Below, one piece after another: positions 38,427 through 49,175 of a DNA stretch of 64,000 nucleotides. The notes below the pieces were generated by a model. The model was not told the DNA's origin. It was given only the letters and a program-made list of their open reading frames with translations, and searched no databases. This DNA is from Thermodesulfobacteriota bacterium (lineage in GTDB: Bacteria; Desulfobacterota; Desulfobulbia; Desulfobulbales; JBFMBH01), in NCBI GenBank assembly GCA_040755095.1, contig JBFMBH010000002.1:49210-113209 (forward strand). The letters run 5' to 3'. The number at the start of each line of letters is the position of its first letter. The first letter of the stretch is position 1. Both the position numbers and the translations under genes were made by a program.

Positions 38427-41255
38427 ATGATGGCCCCATCACGTCTGCGCCCGCGCCGGCCGGCGGCGGGACCTGCGCGTAGCCTGTCCTTCTCCTCCCG
38501 CCGGGAGGGCCTCCAATCGAGCACCAGTGGAACCGTGACCGGCCCCAAAAGACTCCTCATCGACATCGACCGCCTGCCGACCCTGCCGGCCCTGGCCCTG
38601 GAGGCCATGCGCCTGGCGGAAGACGACACGGTCAGCCTGGAGGCCATCTGCGCGGTTCTGGCCAAGGATCAGGTGATGAGCAGCCGGATCCTGGCCTACG
38701 CCAACTCGCCCCTCTATGGCAGTGGCACGGTCCGCAGTCTGTCCCGGGCCACGGCCCTCCTCGGGCTCAAGGTGGTCAAGGCTCTCATTCTGTCGGCCAC
38801 GGTGTTCGACAGCTTCTCCGGGCTGATCCGAGACGAGGCCCCGCGCCTGCCCCTCTTCTGGCTGCATTCCATCGGCGTTGCCAGCACCGCCGAGGCCCTG
38901 GCCGCCCGTCTCGGCTTCGCCGAGCCAGAGGCAGCCTACATGGCCGGTCTGGTGCACGACCTGGGCAAGCTTGTGCTCTATCTCCAGGCCCCGAAGGAGT
39001 TTGGCGAGCTGTGCCAGGCACTCTCCCAGCAGGGCTCCCAGCCACTCGCCACCGGCCTGCCGTTGGACCTGGAAAAAACCTGCTTCGGCCTGGACCACGG
39101 CCAGCTGGGCCGGCTGCTGGCCGAGCGCTGGCGCTTCCCGGCCCCGCTGGCTGCGGCCATGTGGCTGCACCACCAGCCGGTGAGCGGTGTCATTCCCCCG
39201 GATCTCGCTCACATCCACCAGTTGGTCCATTTCGCGGATCTCGTCTGTGTCGCCCAGCAGGTGGGCTCCAGCTATTTTCTGGCCAGCGAGCCCTCCTGCC
39301 ACGACCAGGTCCATTTTGCCCTGGATGCCCTGCTCCTGGCCCACGGCATGACCGCAGCCGATCTGGAAGCGGTGGTGAAGAGCACCCAGGACCGGGTGCA
39401 GGAGCTGGGATATGCCCTGGGCATCTGGGATGAGGCCGCCTTCGGCCGCCTGGCCAGCGAGGCCCGGCGGCGCCTGGGCAGCCAGGCGGTGGCCTGCGAG
39501 GAGGAGCTGCGCCAAGCGCGCCAGGCCAACACCCTTCTGGCCGCCACCACCGCCACCGTGCGCCGGTTGACCACCGCGGCCACGGCCAGCGAGGCCGCCC
39601 GCATCCTGGCGCAAGGCGCCCAGGAGGTCTTCCGGGTGTCCCGGGTCCTGGCCATGATCCGGGAGTCCGATGGCGAGGGCTTCTGCGGCGTCATGGTGGA
39701 CGGCCAGGCCCGGCACGAGATCCGGATGCCGGTCTTGGCCGCTGCCCCGACCCCGGCCGCCGCCAGTGATCGCTCGGCCATCGAGGCCGAGGCCTTGCGA
39801 CTCCTCGGCCAGGCCCTGGCCGAGGACCAGGCGGGCAGCCAGGTCCAATCGGGCCTCCTGGTGATGGTGGCCGGCTCCGCCCTCTGCTCCACCTTCCTGC
39901 GGGCGGAGCGGCCATCCCCCTGGCTGGCCAGCCCGATCCTGGGCCAGCTCCTGGTCGACTTTGCCGGCTCCCCTTCGGCCGCGGAGCTCAGTCGCCAGGA
40001 GGTGACGCGGTTTGCGGCCACGGTGAGCGGGGTGATCCAGCGGCTGCTCTTGGAGGAGCGCCTGCTCCGCCAGAGCGACCAGCTGGCCCAGGCGGCCCGG
40101 GAGGCCGGTGAGCGCCAGCGGCGGCTGTTCATCTCCCAGCGCCTGGCCTCGGTGGCGAGCCTGGCCGCCGGCATGTCCCACGAGATCAACAACCCCTTGA
40201 CCATTGCCAGCCTCAATCTGCAAATACTGGCCCGCCAGCTGGCCGGCTGGCCGCAGGCGGCGGAGGCCCAGGCCCGCTTCCAGGTGATCACCGAGCAGCA
40301 TGAGCGTATCGCCACCATCATCGAGGCGATCATGCGCTTTGCCCGGCCATCGCGTCCCAACTGCCAGCCGGTGTCCCTGGGCACCATCCTGGCCAAGGTC
40401 GAAAGCTCCTTGCCCGGGCACGGCCAGGAGCCGACCGTGCAGCTGGAGACCCACCTGCCGCCCGATCTGCCGCCGGTGATGGTGGATCCGGTCCAGATCG
40501 AGCAGGTGTTTGCCGCCCTCATCGCCAACGCCCGCCAGGCCATGCCCAAGGGCGGCACCGTCCATGTGGCTGCCCAGGTGGAAGGGGCGATGCTGGCGGT
40601 GCGGGTCACCGACACGGGCGCCGGCATCCCCAGACCGCTGCTGGAGCGGATCTTCGACCCCTTCTTCACCACCCGCAGCCAGGGAGAGGGCATAGGCCTT
40701 GGCCTGGCCATCGCCCATGCCATCCTGGAGCAGCATGGCGGCTTCCTGCGGGTGACCAGCAAGGAGGGGGCAGGCAGCGTCTTCACCGCCGGCCTGCCCC
40801 TGGACAAGGCCAACCGTCTCCGGGCCTTGAAGGCGGCCCTGGCGGAGGAGTCGCCATCCGGGGAGGAGCCGGCGGCGCCGGTCCGGCGGCGCCTGCTGGT
40901 GGCCGCCAGCGACCGGTCGTTGCGGCGAAGTCTGGAGGAGGGCCTGGCTACGGCCGGTTTCGAGGTGGAGGGGGTGGATGACGGGGTGGAGGCCGCCAGC
41001 CGGCTGCGCCAGAGGCCCTTCGACCTGCTGCTCCTGGACATCGGCCTGCCGGGCCCCGACACCCAGGAGATGGTCCATCTCCTGCGCCGCGCCTTTCCGC
41101 AGACCCAGGTGCTGGTGGCCAGCGGCCTGGCCAGCCCCGGCGAGGTCCGGGAGCTGCAGGAGCGCGGCGCCTTTGCCTGCCTCCGGAAGCCCCTGGCCAT
41201 GGATGATCTCACCGCCACCATCCAGGCGGCCCTGGCCCAGGCCGGGGCCGGTTGA
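38427..41255 (+). CDS. Hybrid sensor histidine kinase with N-terminal HDOD domain and C-terminal receiver
   Basis: HDOD pattern (LPTLPALALEAMRL...ICAVLAKDQVMSSRILAYANSPLYG...LGLKVV). H-box MSHEINNPLT, N/G boxes of HATPase_c, REC with LLLLDIGLPG...CLRKP. Start uncertain; a GTG at 38535 is an alternative. Confidence 0.85.
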   Translation: MMAPSRLRPRRPAAGPARSLSFSSRREGLQSSTSGTVTGPKRLLIDIDRLPTLPALALEAMRLAEDDTVSLEAICAVLAKDQVMSSRILAYANSPLYGSGTVRSLSRATALLGLKVVKALILSATVFDSFSGLIRDEAPRLPLFWLHSIGVASTAEALAARLGFAEPEAAYMAGLVHDLGKLVLYLQAPKEFGELCQALSQQGSQPLATGLPLDLEKTCFGLDHGQLGRLLAERWRFPAPLAAAMWLHHQPVSGVIPPDLAHIHQLVHFADLVCVAQQVGSSYFLASEPSCHDQVHFALDALLLAHGMTAADLEAVVKSTQDRVQELGYALGIWDEAAFGRLASEARRRLGSQAVACEEELRQARQANTLLAATTATVRRLTTAATASEAARILAQGAQEVFRVSRVLAMIRESDGEGFCGVMVDGQARHEIRMPVLAAAPTPAAASDRSAIEAEALRLLGQALAEDQAGSQVQSGLLVMVAGSALCSTFLRAERPSPWLASPILGQLLVDFAGSPSAAELSRQEVTRFAATVSGVIQRLLLEERLLRQSDQLAQAAREAGERQRRLFISQRLASVASLAAGMSHEINNPLTIASLNLQILARQLAGWPQAAEAQARFQVITEQHERIATIIEAIMRFARPSRPNCQPVSLGTILAKVESSLPGHGQEPTVQLETHLPPDLPPVMVDPVQIEQVFAALIANARQAMPKGGTVHVAAQVEGAMLAVRVTDTGAGIPRPLLERIFDPFFTTRSQGEGIGLGLAIAHAILEQHGGFLRVTSKEGAGSVFTAGLPLDKANRLRALKAALAEESPSGEEPAAPVRRRLLVAASDRSLRRSLEEGLATAGFEVEGVDDGVEAASRLRQRPFDLLLLDIGLPGPDTQEMVHLLRRAFPQTQVLVASGLASPGEVRELQERGAFACLRKPLAMDDLTATIQAALAQAGAG

Positions 41256-41259
41256 GGCG

Positions 41260-42321
41260 TTGCCGTTGGCCCCTTTGTTGACCATCGCCGATCTCGCCCG
41301 GCAGACCGGCCTCGAGGAGGCGGAGCTGCGGTTCTACGAGTCCGAGCACAGCGGCGAGCTGCCAGCCAAGGTTCTGGTGGGGGGGCGCCTGCTTTTCGTG
41401 CCAGAGGCAGTGGCCGCCTTCAAGGCCATCCACGCCCGCCATGCCGGCGCGGCGGCCGTGGCGCTGCCGCAGCCGCGCGTGGCCCGGGTGCTGGCCGTCA
41501 CCTCCGGCAAGGGCGGGGTCGGCAAGACGAGCCTGGCCCTCAATCTGGCCGTGGAATGGCAGCGCCAGGGACGGATGACGGTGCTCCTGGACGCGGACAT
41601 GGGCATGGCCAACGTGCACCTCCTGTGCGGCCTGCGGCCGGAGCGCTCCCTGGCTGATGTCCTGGCCGGCCGCTGCGGCCTGGCCGAGATCATCGCCGAG
41701 GGCCCGGAGGGGATCGGGGTCGTGGCCGGCGGCACCGGGGTCCTGGCCCTGGCGGACAGCAGCCGGCCGGAGCGCTTCGCCCTGCTCCGGGAGCTGGACA
41801 CCCTGGCCCGGCAGGCGGACGCCATCATCATCGATACCGGCGCCGGCATGGGGCGCCAGGTGCGGGATTTCCTCTTCGCCTGCGATCAGCTGCTCTTTGT
41901 CCTCACCCCGGAGGTCACCTCCCTGGCTGACGCCTACGGTCTCTTGAAGGCCTTGCACCAGGAGGGCCTGGGCGGCGGCAAGGTCTTTTCTGTGGTCAAC
42001 ATGGCGGACAGCCTGCGCCAGGCCGCCGAGGCCGCCAGCCGCTTCGCCGCCTGCGCCGGCCGCTTCCTGGACCGGCAGGTGACGAGCTGCGGCTATGTGC
42101 TCCGGGACGCCAGCGTCAGCCTGGCGGTGGCGGAGCGGGTGCCGTTCACCCTGCTGCGGCCCCAGACCCGGGCCGCGGTCAACGCCCGCCAAGTGGCCCT
42201 GGCCCTGCTGCAGCAGGAGGACGGCTCGGTGCGCCTCCACTCCTCCTTTGCCCGCTACCACCGCCTCCTGACCGAGCGGCTGGCCGCCCTGGCCGCGCCG
42301 GCGACGGGGGTGGCCCCATGA
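41260..42321 (+). CDS. MerR-type HTH fused to MinD/FlhG/ParA-family P-loop ATPase
   Basis: N-terminal LTIADLARQTGLEEAELRFYESE...GGRLLFVPEAV (MerR-like). Deviant Walker A SGKGGVGKTS, then LLDADMGMANV and Walker B IIIDTGAG. This needs a non-ATG start (TTG 41260 or nearby TTGs), because the first ATG lies after the P-loop. Confidence 0.75.
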   Translation: MPLAPLLTIADLARQTGLEEAELRFYESEHSGELPAKVLVGGRLLFVPEAVAAFKAIHARHAGAAAVALPQPRVARVLAVTSGKGGVGKTSLALNLAVEWQRQGRMTVLLDADMGMANVHLLCGLRPERSLADVLAGRCGLAEIIAEGPEGIGVVAGGTGVLALADSSRPERFALLRELDTLARQADAIIIDTGAGMGRQVRDFLFACDQLLFVLTPEVTSLADAYGLLKALHQEGLGGGKVFSVVNMADSLRQAAEAASRFAACAGRFLDRQVTSCGYVLRDASVSLAVAERVPFTLLRPQTRAAVNARQVALALLQQEDGSVRLHSSFARYHRLLTERLAALAAPATGVAP

Positions 42322-43136
42322 GCTGGATCGAGGCCCTGGGTCTGGCCAGGAACCCCTTCCGGGACACCCTGGAGACTGATCTCTTCTTCCGCACCGAACA
42401 GCACGAGGCGGCCCTGGTACGCCTCAGGATCGGCATCGAAGACCGGCACGCCCTCATCCTTCTCTCCGGCCCCTCCGGCTCCGGCAAGACCCTGCTCGCC
42501 CAGGTGGCCTTGCGGGAGGCCGATCGGGCCCGGATGGCCCCGGCCCTGGTCTTCGTGCATCCGGGCATGGGCAAGGGCGAGCTTCTGGCCGCGCTCCTGC
42601 GGGAGCTGGGCCGCAAGACCGGCGGCCGCACCGTAGCGGAGCGGCTGGCCGCCGTGCAGGAGGCGGCCCTGGCCTTCCATCACCAGGGCCGGCAGCTGGT
42701 CATCGTCATCGACGAGGCCCATTTCCTGGCCAGCGATGCCCTGCACGTGCTGCGCACCCTGGCCAACCTGGAGACCGAGACCACCAAGCTTACGACCGTG
42801 CTCCTGATCGCCGAGACGCCGATCCTGAAGCGTCTGGCCCACCCCTCCTATGCCGCCATCCGCGGCCGCATCACCTTCGCTGTGCAGCTTGGCCCCCTGT
42901 CGGCGGCCGACACCGAGCAGTACATCAAATACCGGCTCCTCAAATGCAAGGCGCCTTTGTCCCTGGTCAACGGCCAGGCCTTTGCCACGGCCCACCAGCT
43001 GGCAGGCGGGCTGCCCCGCCAGATCAACCGCCTGCTGTACAACGCCTGTGTCGAGGCCCTTTCCGCCGGCAGCCGCGCCATCACTCCCGAGATCCTGAGC
43101 CGGGCTGCCGGCGCCATGGGCCATGGGCCGGCTTGA
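42318..43136 (+). CDS. ExeA/MshM-like AAA ATPase (AAA_22 type), short stand-alone form
   Basis: Motif PF......FF....H..AL..L, Walker A GPSGSGKT, Walker B VIVIDEAH. 272 aa. The ATG overlaps the upstream stop. Confidence 0.8.
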   Translation: MSWIEALGLARNPFRDTLETDLFFRTEQHEAALVRLRIGIEDRHALILLSGPSGSGKTLLAQVALREADRARMAPALVFVHPGMGKGELLAALLRELGRKTGGRTVAERLAAVQEAALAFHHQGRQLVIVIDEAHFLASDALHVLRTLANLETETTKLTTVLLIAETPILKRLAHPSYAAIRGRITFAVQLGPLSAADTEQYIKYRLLKCKAPLSLVNGQAFATAHQLAGGLPRQINRLLYNACVEALSAGSRAITPEILSRAAGAMGHGPA

Positions 43137-43323
43137 GGCGCTGCGGCGGCAACAGCCGCTTTCCCCCGCCGCCGGGGAGGGGGTGAGCGCCCAGGAGCTG
43201 GCACTCCTGACGCCGGCGGGTGCCGGCCGCGCCGGGAAGCGGCCACCCGCCGGCGCTGCCGGGGATCCGGGCCGCACCCTACCCCGGCCCGCGGAGCCTC
43301 ACCCGGCCGATCAGAAGGCCTGA
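43123..43323 (+). CDS. Possible small low-complexity ORF (66 aa), doubtful
   Basis: The ATG lies 14 nt before the upstream stop. The product is Pro/Ala/Gly-rich with no motif and could be GC-driven noise. Confidence 0.2.
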   Translation: MGRLEALRRQQPLSPAAGEGVSAQELALLTPAGAGRAGKRPPAGAAGDPGRTLPRPAEPHPADQKA

Positions 43324-43392
43324 CCGGCCACCCCGCCCGCCCGTACGTCCGGCATCCGTGCCGCGCCGGGATCAGGGCCTGGAGACGTTGCC

Positions 43393-45531
43393 ATGACCAC
43401 CGAGTGCGATCAGGATCCTTCCGGGCTGTCCGCATCGCTGCCGGATCCGGCCGGGGAGCTGGCCGCCCTGCGCCGCCAGCTGGGGCGGGCCGAGCTGGCG
43501 CGGCGGACCTTGCGCGCCTGCCAGGAGGCGGTCCGGCAGGCCCGGGACGAGATCTCCCTCCTGACCGCCGTCTGCCGGCTCGCGGTGGGCCACGGCTACC
43601 GGCTGGCCTGGGCCGGTCTGCGGCAAGAGGATCCCGAGCACCGGGTGCGGCCAGTGGCCAGCGCCGGCTTTACGCCTGGCTACGTGGACAGCCTGTCCAT
43701 CACCTGGGACGATACGGCGCTCGGCCAGGGGCCTACCGGCACTGCCATCCGCACCGATCGCCCCACCATCTGCCGGGACATCGCCACCGATCCCACCTTC
43801 GCCCCCTGGCGCCAGGCGGCCCTGGACCACGGCTACGGCTCGTCCATCGCCCTGCCCTTGCGGCACCAGGGCCAGGTTCTGGGGGCACTCAACGTCTATG
43901 CGGCAGTACCGGATGCCTTCGATTCCTTCGAGGTCAGCCTGCTGGAGGATCTGGCCGACCTGGTGGCCCTTGGCCTTGCGGCCTTGCGGCAGAAGGAGGT
44001 GACCCGGCGGGCCCAGGAGGACTGGCGCACCGTCTTCGAGACCACCGGCCATCCGATCCTGATCCTGGATCGCCACCAGCGGATTCTGGCCGCCAACCGG
44101 GCTGCCCAGGAGACGCTGGGCTTCGCCGAGGCGGCGATGCTCGGCCAGCGCTGCCACCACCTGTTCCACGGCAGCAACGAGCCACCCGCCGGCTGTCCGT
44201 TCCTGGCCATGACCAGGACCGACGGCTTTGCGAGCGCCGAGCTGGCAATCGAGACCCGGGGGGGCTTCCATCTCATCTCCTGCACCCCGCTCTTCGACCA
44301 CCAGGGCCAGCTCGACCGGGTCATCCACATCAGCACCGATATCAGCGAGCGGAAGCGGGCCGAGGAGGAACGGCAGCGGCTGCAGGCCCAGCTCTACCAG
44401 TCCCAGAAGATGGAGTCCATCGGCCAGCTGGCGGGGGGCGTTGCCCACGACTTCAACAACCTGCTCACCGCCATCATCGGCTACGGCGAGCTGTCCCTGG
44501 AACGGCTCCCGGCCGGTGATCCCCAGCGGGCGGATCTGGAAGAGATCCTGGCCGCAGCCGGCCGGGCCGCCCAGCTCACCAGGAGCCTCTTGGCCTTCAG
44601 CCGCAAACAGGAGCTGCACCCGCAGCCCGTGGACCTGGGCGAGCTCGTGCGACGGCTGGAGAAGTTCCTGGTCCGGATCATCGGCGAGGACATCCGCCTC
44701 GCCACTCGGCTGACCCTTGAGCCCCTGCCGATCCTGGCCGATCCCACCCAGATGGATCAGGTCCTCCTGAACCTGGCGGCCAATGCCCGGGACGCCATGC
44801 CCCGGGGCGGCCAGCTCACCATCACCACCGGCGTGGTCCTCGTTGATCCGCCCGAGGCTGCGCGCCAAGACTTGCCGCAGGCCGGTCCCCACGCCCTTCT
44901 TTCGGTCACCGACAACGGGGCTGGCATGGATGCCGCGACCCGGGCACGGATCTTCGAGCCCTTCTTCACCACCAAGGGGAAGGACCAGGGCACCGGCCTG
45001 GGCCTGGCGATTGTTTACGGCATCGTCCGCCAGCACCAGGGCGCCATCGAGGTCGCCAGCGAGCCGGGCGCCGGGACCAGCTTCCGCATCCTTCTGCCGC
45101 TGGGCCAGCCCGCCCCTGCCGGCAAGGCGATCGCGAAGCCGGCGCCCCTTGCGGCCTATGCCGGTGGCGAGACCATCCTGGTGGTGGAGGATGACGCGGC
45201 CGTCCGGAAGCTGACCAGAAGGGTGCTGGAGGAAGGCGGCTACCGGGTGCTGGAGGCGGCGGACGGCAGCGCGGGCCTCGCCTGCTTCCAGGCCCGGCAC
45301 CAGGATATCGATCTTCTGCTTCTGGATGTGGTGATGCCGGGCATGAACGGCTGGGAGATGCTGGCCGAGGCCAAGGCCATTGATCCGCAGGTCCGGTTCC
45401 TCTTCACCAGTGGCTACCCCGCCGACCACATCCACGACCGGGGCATCCTGGGGGACGGGGTGAGCTTTCTCCCCAAGCCCGTCTCCCCCATGGACCTCCT
45501 GCGCCGGATCCGCCAACTCCTGGACAGCTGA
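43393..45531 (+). CDS. Hybrid sensor histidine kinase (GAF-PAS-HisKA-HATPase_c-REC)
   Basis: GAF ([10 protein letters not shown]...GALNVY), PAS, H-box [15 protein letters not shown] boxes, REC ([13 protein letters not shown]...LPKP). Confidence 0.88.
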   Translation: MTTECDQDPSGLSASLPDPAGELAALRRQLGRAELARRTLRACQEAVRQARDEISLLTAVCRLAVGHGYRLAWAGLRQEDPEHRVRPVASAGFTPGYVDSLSITWDDTALGQGPTGTAIRTDRPTICRDIATDPTFAPWRQAALDHGYGSSIALPLRHQGQVLGALNVYAAVPDAFDSFEVSLLEDLADLVALGLAALRQKEVTRRAQEDWRTVFETTGHPILILDRHQRILAANRAAQETLGFAEAAMLGQRCHHLFHGSNEPPAGCPFLAMTRTDGFASAELAIETRGGFHLISCTPLFDHQGQLDRVIHISTDISERKRAEEERQRLQAQLYQSQKMESIGQLAGGVAHDFNNLLTAIIGYGELSLERLPAGDPQRADLEEILAAAGRAAQLTRSLLAFSRKQELHPQPVDLGELVRRLEKFLVRIIGEDIRLATRLTLEPLPILADPTQMDQVLLNLAANARDAMPRGGQLTITTGVVLVDPPEAARQDLPQAGPHALLSVTDNGAGMDAATRARIFEPFFTTKGKDQGTGLGLAIVYGIVRQHQGAIEVASEPGAGTSFRILLPLGQPAPAGKAIAKPAPLAAYAGGETILVVEDDAAVRKLTRRVLEEGGYRVLEAADGSAGLACFQARHQDIDLLLLDVVMPGMNGWEMLAEAKAIDPQVRFLFTSGYPADHIHDRGILGDGVSFLPKPVSPMDLLRRIRQLLDS

Positions 45532-45568
45532 GCTGGCCGCTCTCAGGGCCAGAAAACGGCGGGGCCGG

Positions 45569-47053
45569 TCAGCGCGTGGCCACCGGCCCCAAGTAGACCG
45601 GGCTGGTCCAGGCCTGGTAGGTCTCGCCCTCCGTGCCCGACTCGGCCCGCACCCGCAGGTAGACGAAGGCCCGCCCTGCGGGATCAAGACCGGTCCCGGT
45701 CCACTCCAGCTCGCTGCCGGCCTGTTCATGGACCAGACAGCCATTGAGGATCACCTGCATCCGGACATTGGCGGGGTCGATGGTGCCACCGCCCCGGGTG
45801 GGGCTGTGCTGCACCTGGGTGACGGCGCGCACCGTGATGGTGCCGTCGTGGGGTCCGGCATGGCCCATGAGGAGATGGCGGCCGCCGGTCTCCACCGCCA
45901 GCAAGGTGGGGATGCGGGCCCCGGCAGTGACCGCCAGGGTCTGGCGCTGCCAGACCGCCTGCCAGAGGCGGTTGCGGGAGAAGGCCGGGGCGGCGATGCC
46001 GGTCAGGCCACCCCGGAAGGCCATGCCGCACTGGTCCGGGGTCTCGTTGGCCGCCAGACCCCAATGGGAGTCGGTGCCGCCCACAAAGCCCAGACGGTGC
46101 AGCGCGCTTCCGGCCAGCACCCAGCGCTGGTAGAGGGTGCTGCGCACCGTCAGCTCCTCGCCGGCGGCGAGGTCCTGGCCGTCCAGGGGCGGATCAGCCA
46201 GGTCGCAGCCGGCGGCTGCCGGCGGCTGCCCCTCGGAGCTGCCCCACTTGGAACAGATCTCCACCTGCCGGCTGAATTCCCGGTCCATGACCTCCCAGTC
46301 GGAATGGTGGTCGTGGAGAGGGTCGGCGTCGTCGGGAACCATGGCCGGGGTGTGGACGATGGTGATGGCCCCGGCCACCTCCTCGTCCCGGAGCGCTGAC
46401 CACAGGTCCTGGGCGGTCTCGGCGTAGGCGTAGTCCTGGTCGAGCTGCAGCCGGGAGCCCACCGGGGTGGCGGGGTCGATGGAGCCATAGCGCCTGGCCG
46501 GCAGCCGTTCCGGCTGGATCTCCCGGAAGATGACGTTCTTGTGGCCATAGCCGCCCTGGTCCGCCGAGCCGGCCACCGGTACGCCGTAGGTGTTGGTGTA
46601 CTCCCAGCCCGGGAAGATGATGAAGGGCCTGGCGCCAGCCTGGTAGCCGCAGCCGGAGGTCCTGGTGCCCAGCTCGTTGTTGCAGGCGAGATTGATCCGC
46701 AAGAGGCTCTGCCAGGCGGAGCGCGTCCGGGAGCCGGCCGGCATCCCCAGCCCGGCCGGGTTGGGCATCTCGGCGTGGTCCGAGAGGGCGAGGAAGTCGA
46801 GGCCCTCCACCTCCCGGGCATACACATAGGCCTGGGCTGGGGTCAGGGCCGTCTGGCCGTCCGCCAGCGCGCAGTTGGCCGCATCCTTGGAAAAGGCGGA
46901 GTGGGTGTGAAACTCGCCCCAGTAGATGGAGTCCAGCCCCAGCCCAAAGCGGCTCTGGAAATAGTCGGCCACCTCGGCCGCTGGCAACGGAGCGGCGGGC
47001 CAGGCCAGACCGGCGAACAGCAGCACCACGGCAGACAGAGCAGAACGCTTCAT
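45569..47053 (-). CDS. Secreted DUF3604-like (PHP-fold) protein
   Basis: GGAGGG SD and a signal peptide. Motifs WGEFHTHSAFSKDA, LALSDHAE and GGTDSH. Confidence 0.7.
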   Translation of the reverse strand: MKRSALSAVVLLFAGLAWPAAPLPAAEVADYFQSRFGLGLDSIYWGEFHTHSAFSKDAANCALADGQTALTPAQAYVYAREVEGLDFLALSDHAEMPNPAGLGMPAGSRTRSAWQSLLRINLACNNELGTRTSGCGYQAGARPFIIFPGWEYTNTYGVPVAGSADQGGYGHKNVIFREIQPERLPARRYGSIDPATPVGSRLQLDQDYAYAETAQDLWSALRDEEVAGAITIVHTPAMVPDDADPLHDHHSDWEVMDREFSRQVEICSKWGSSEGQPPAAAGCDLADPPLDGQDLAAGEELTVRSTLYQRWVLAGSALHRLGFVGGTDSHWGLAANETPDQCGMAFRGGLTGIAAPAFSRNRLWQAVWQRQTLAVTAGARIPTLLAVETGGRHLLMGHAGPHDGTITVRAVTQVQHSPTRGGGTIDPANVRMQVILNGCLVHEQAGSELEWTGTGLDPAGRAFVYLRVRAESGTEGETYQAWTSPVYLGPVATR

Positions 47054-47163
47054 GGCAAGGCCCTCCAAGGTGGGGGAAGTGCGGGCAGGGGCTGGCGGCA
47101 GACGGCTGCTTTCAGGCTAGCAGAGCCGCCAGCGGCCGGTCAAGCCAGGCCTTGGGCGCCGAT

Positions 47164-47193
47164 TTGACGCCGCCACCAGCCCTGGGGTATATA
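47164..47193 (+). promoter_or_regulatory. Candidate promoter for leuCD (TTGACG, 18-nt spacer, TATATA)
   Basis: Hexamers read directly. This would give a leader of about 140 nt that contains the 9-nt repeats. Confidence 0.35.
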
Positions 47194-47240
47194 TTCGACC
47201 TTTGCCTGTTGGCCCGGACCGGCAGGGACCGCTTCAGGCC

Positions 47241-47285
47241 GTCCATGCGGTCCATCCTGTCCATGCCGTCCATCCTGTCCCAGCG
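47241..47285. repeat. Tandem 9-nt repeat, about 4.5 copies (GTCCATGCG GTCCATCCT GTCCATGCC GTCCATCCT GTCCCAGCG)
   Basis: Read directly, between the DUF3604-like gene and leuC. Confidence 0.95.
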
Positions 47286-47336
47286 GCCGCCGGCGCTGCC
47301 GGCGATCCTGCCTGACACGCCTTCGGAGGAGCCCCC

Positions 47337-48637
<1,301 letters not shown>

Positions 48638-48641
<4 letters not shown>

Positions 48642-49159
48642 AGGCCTTCGGCGGCCCGGCCATCTTTTTGGACCGGAGCGACATCAACACCGACGAGATC
48701 ATCCCGGCCAGGTATCTCACCGAGATCAGCAAGCAGGCTTTGCAGCCGTACCTCCTGGAGGATCTGTGCCTGCCAGGCTTTGTGCCCGGCAGCCCCGAGC
48801 TGGCGGCCGCCCGGGTGCTGGTCACCCGGGCCAACTTCGGCTGCGGCTCCAGCCGGGAGCACGCGGTCTGGGTGCTGGAGGTCAATCACATCAATGTGGT
48901 GATCGCCGAAAGCTTCGCCCGCATCTTCCGGCAGAACATGTTCAACTGCGGCCTCCTGGCCGTGGAGCTGCCGGCCGCGGCCATCGACCAGCTCTTTGCC
49001 CTGGGGGGGGCGGTGGCGATCGGCGTCGATCCGGAGGCCGGCCAGCTCACCGCCAGCCAAAACGGCCAGACACTGACCTTCCCCTTCCAGCTCGCCGGCT
49101 TCGACCGGGAGCTGGTGCGCCACGGCGGCTGGCTGGCGTACGCCGACCAGAAGTACTGA
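48638..49159 (+). CDS. leuD: 3-isopropylmalate dehydratase small subunit (type 2 LeuD)
   Basis: Motifs [11 protein letters not shown] and [13 protein letters not shown]. Start overlaps the leuC stop. Confidence 0.9.
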
Positions 49160-49175
49160 TGCGGAGGGCGCGGCC

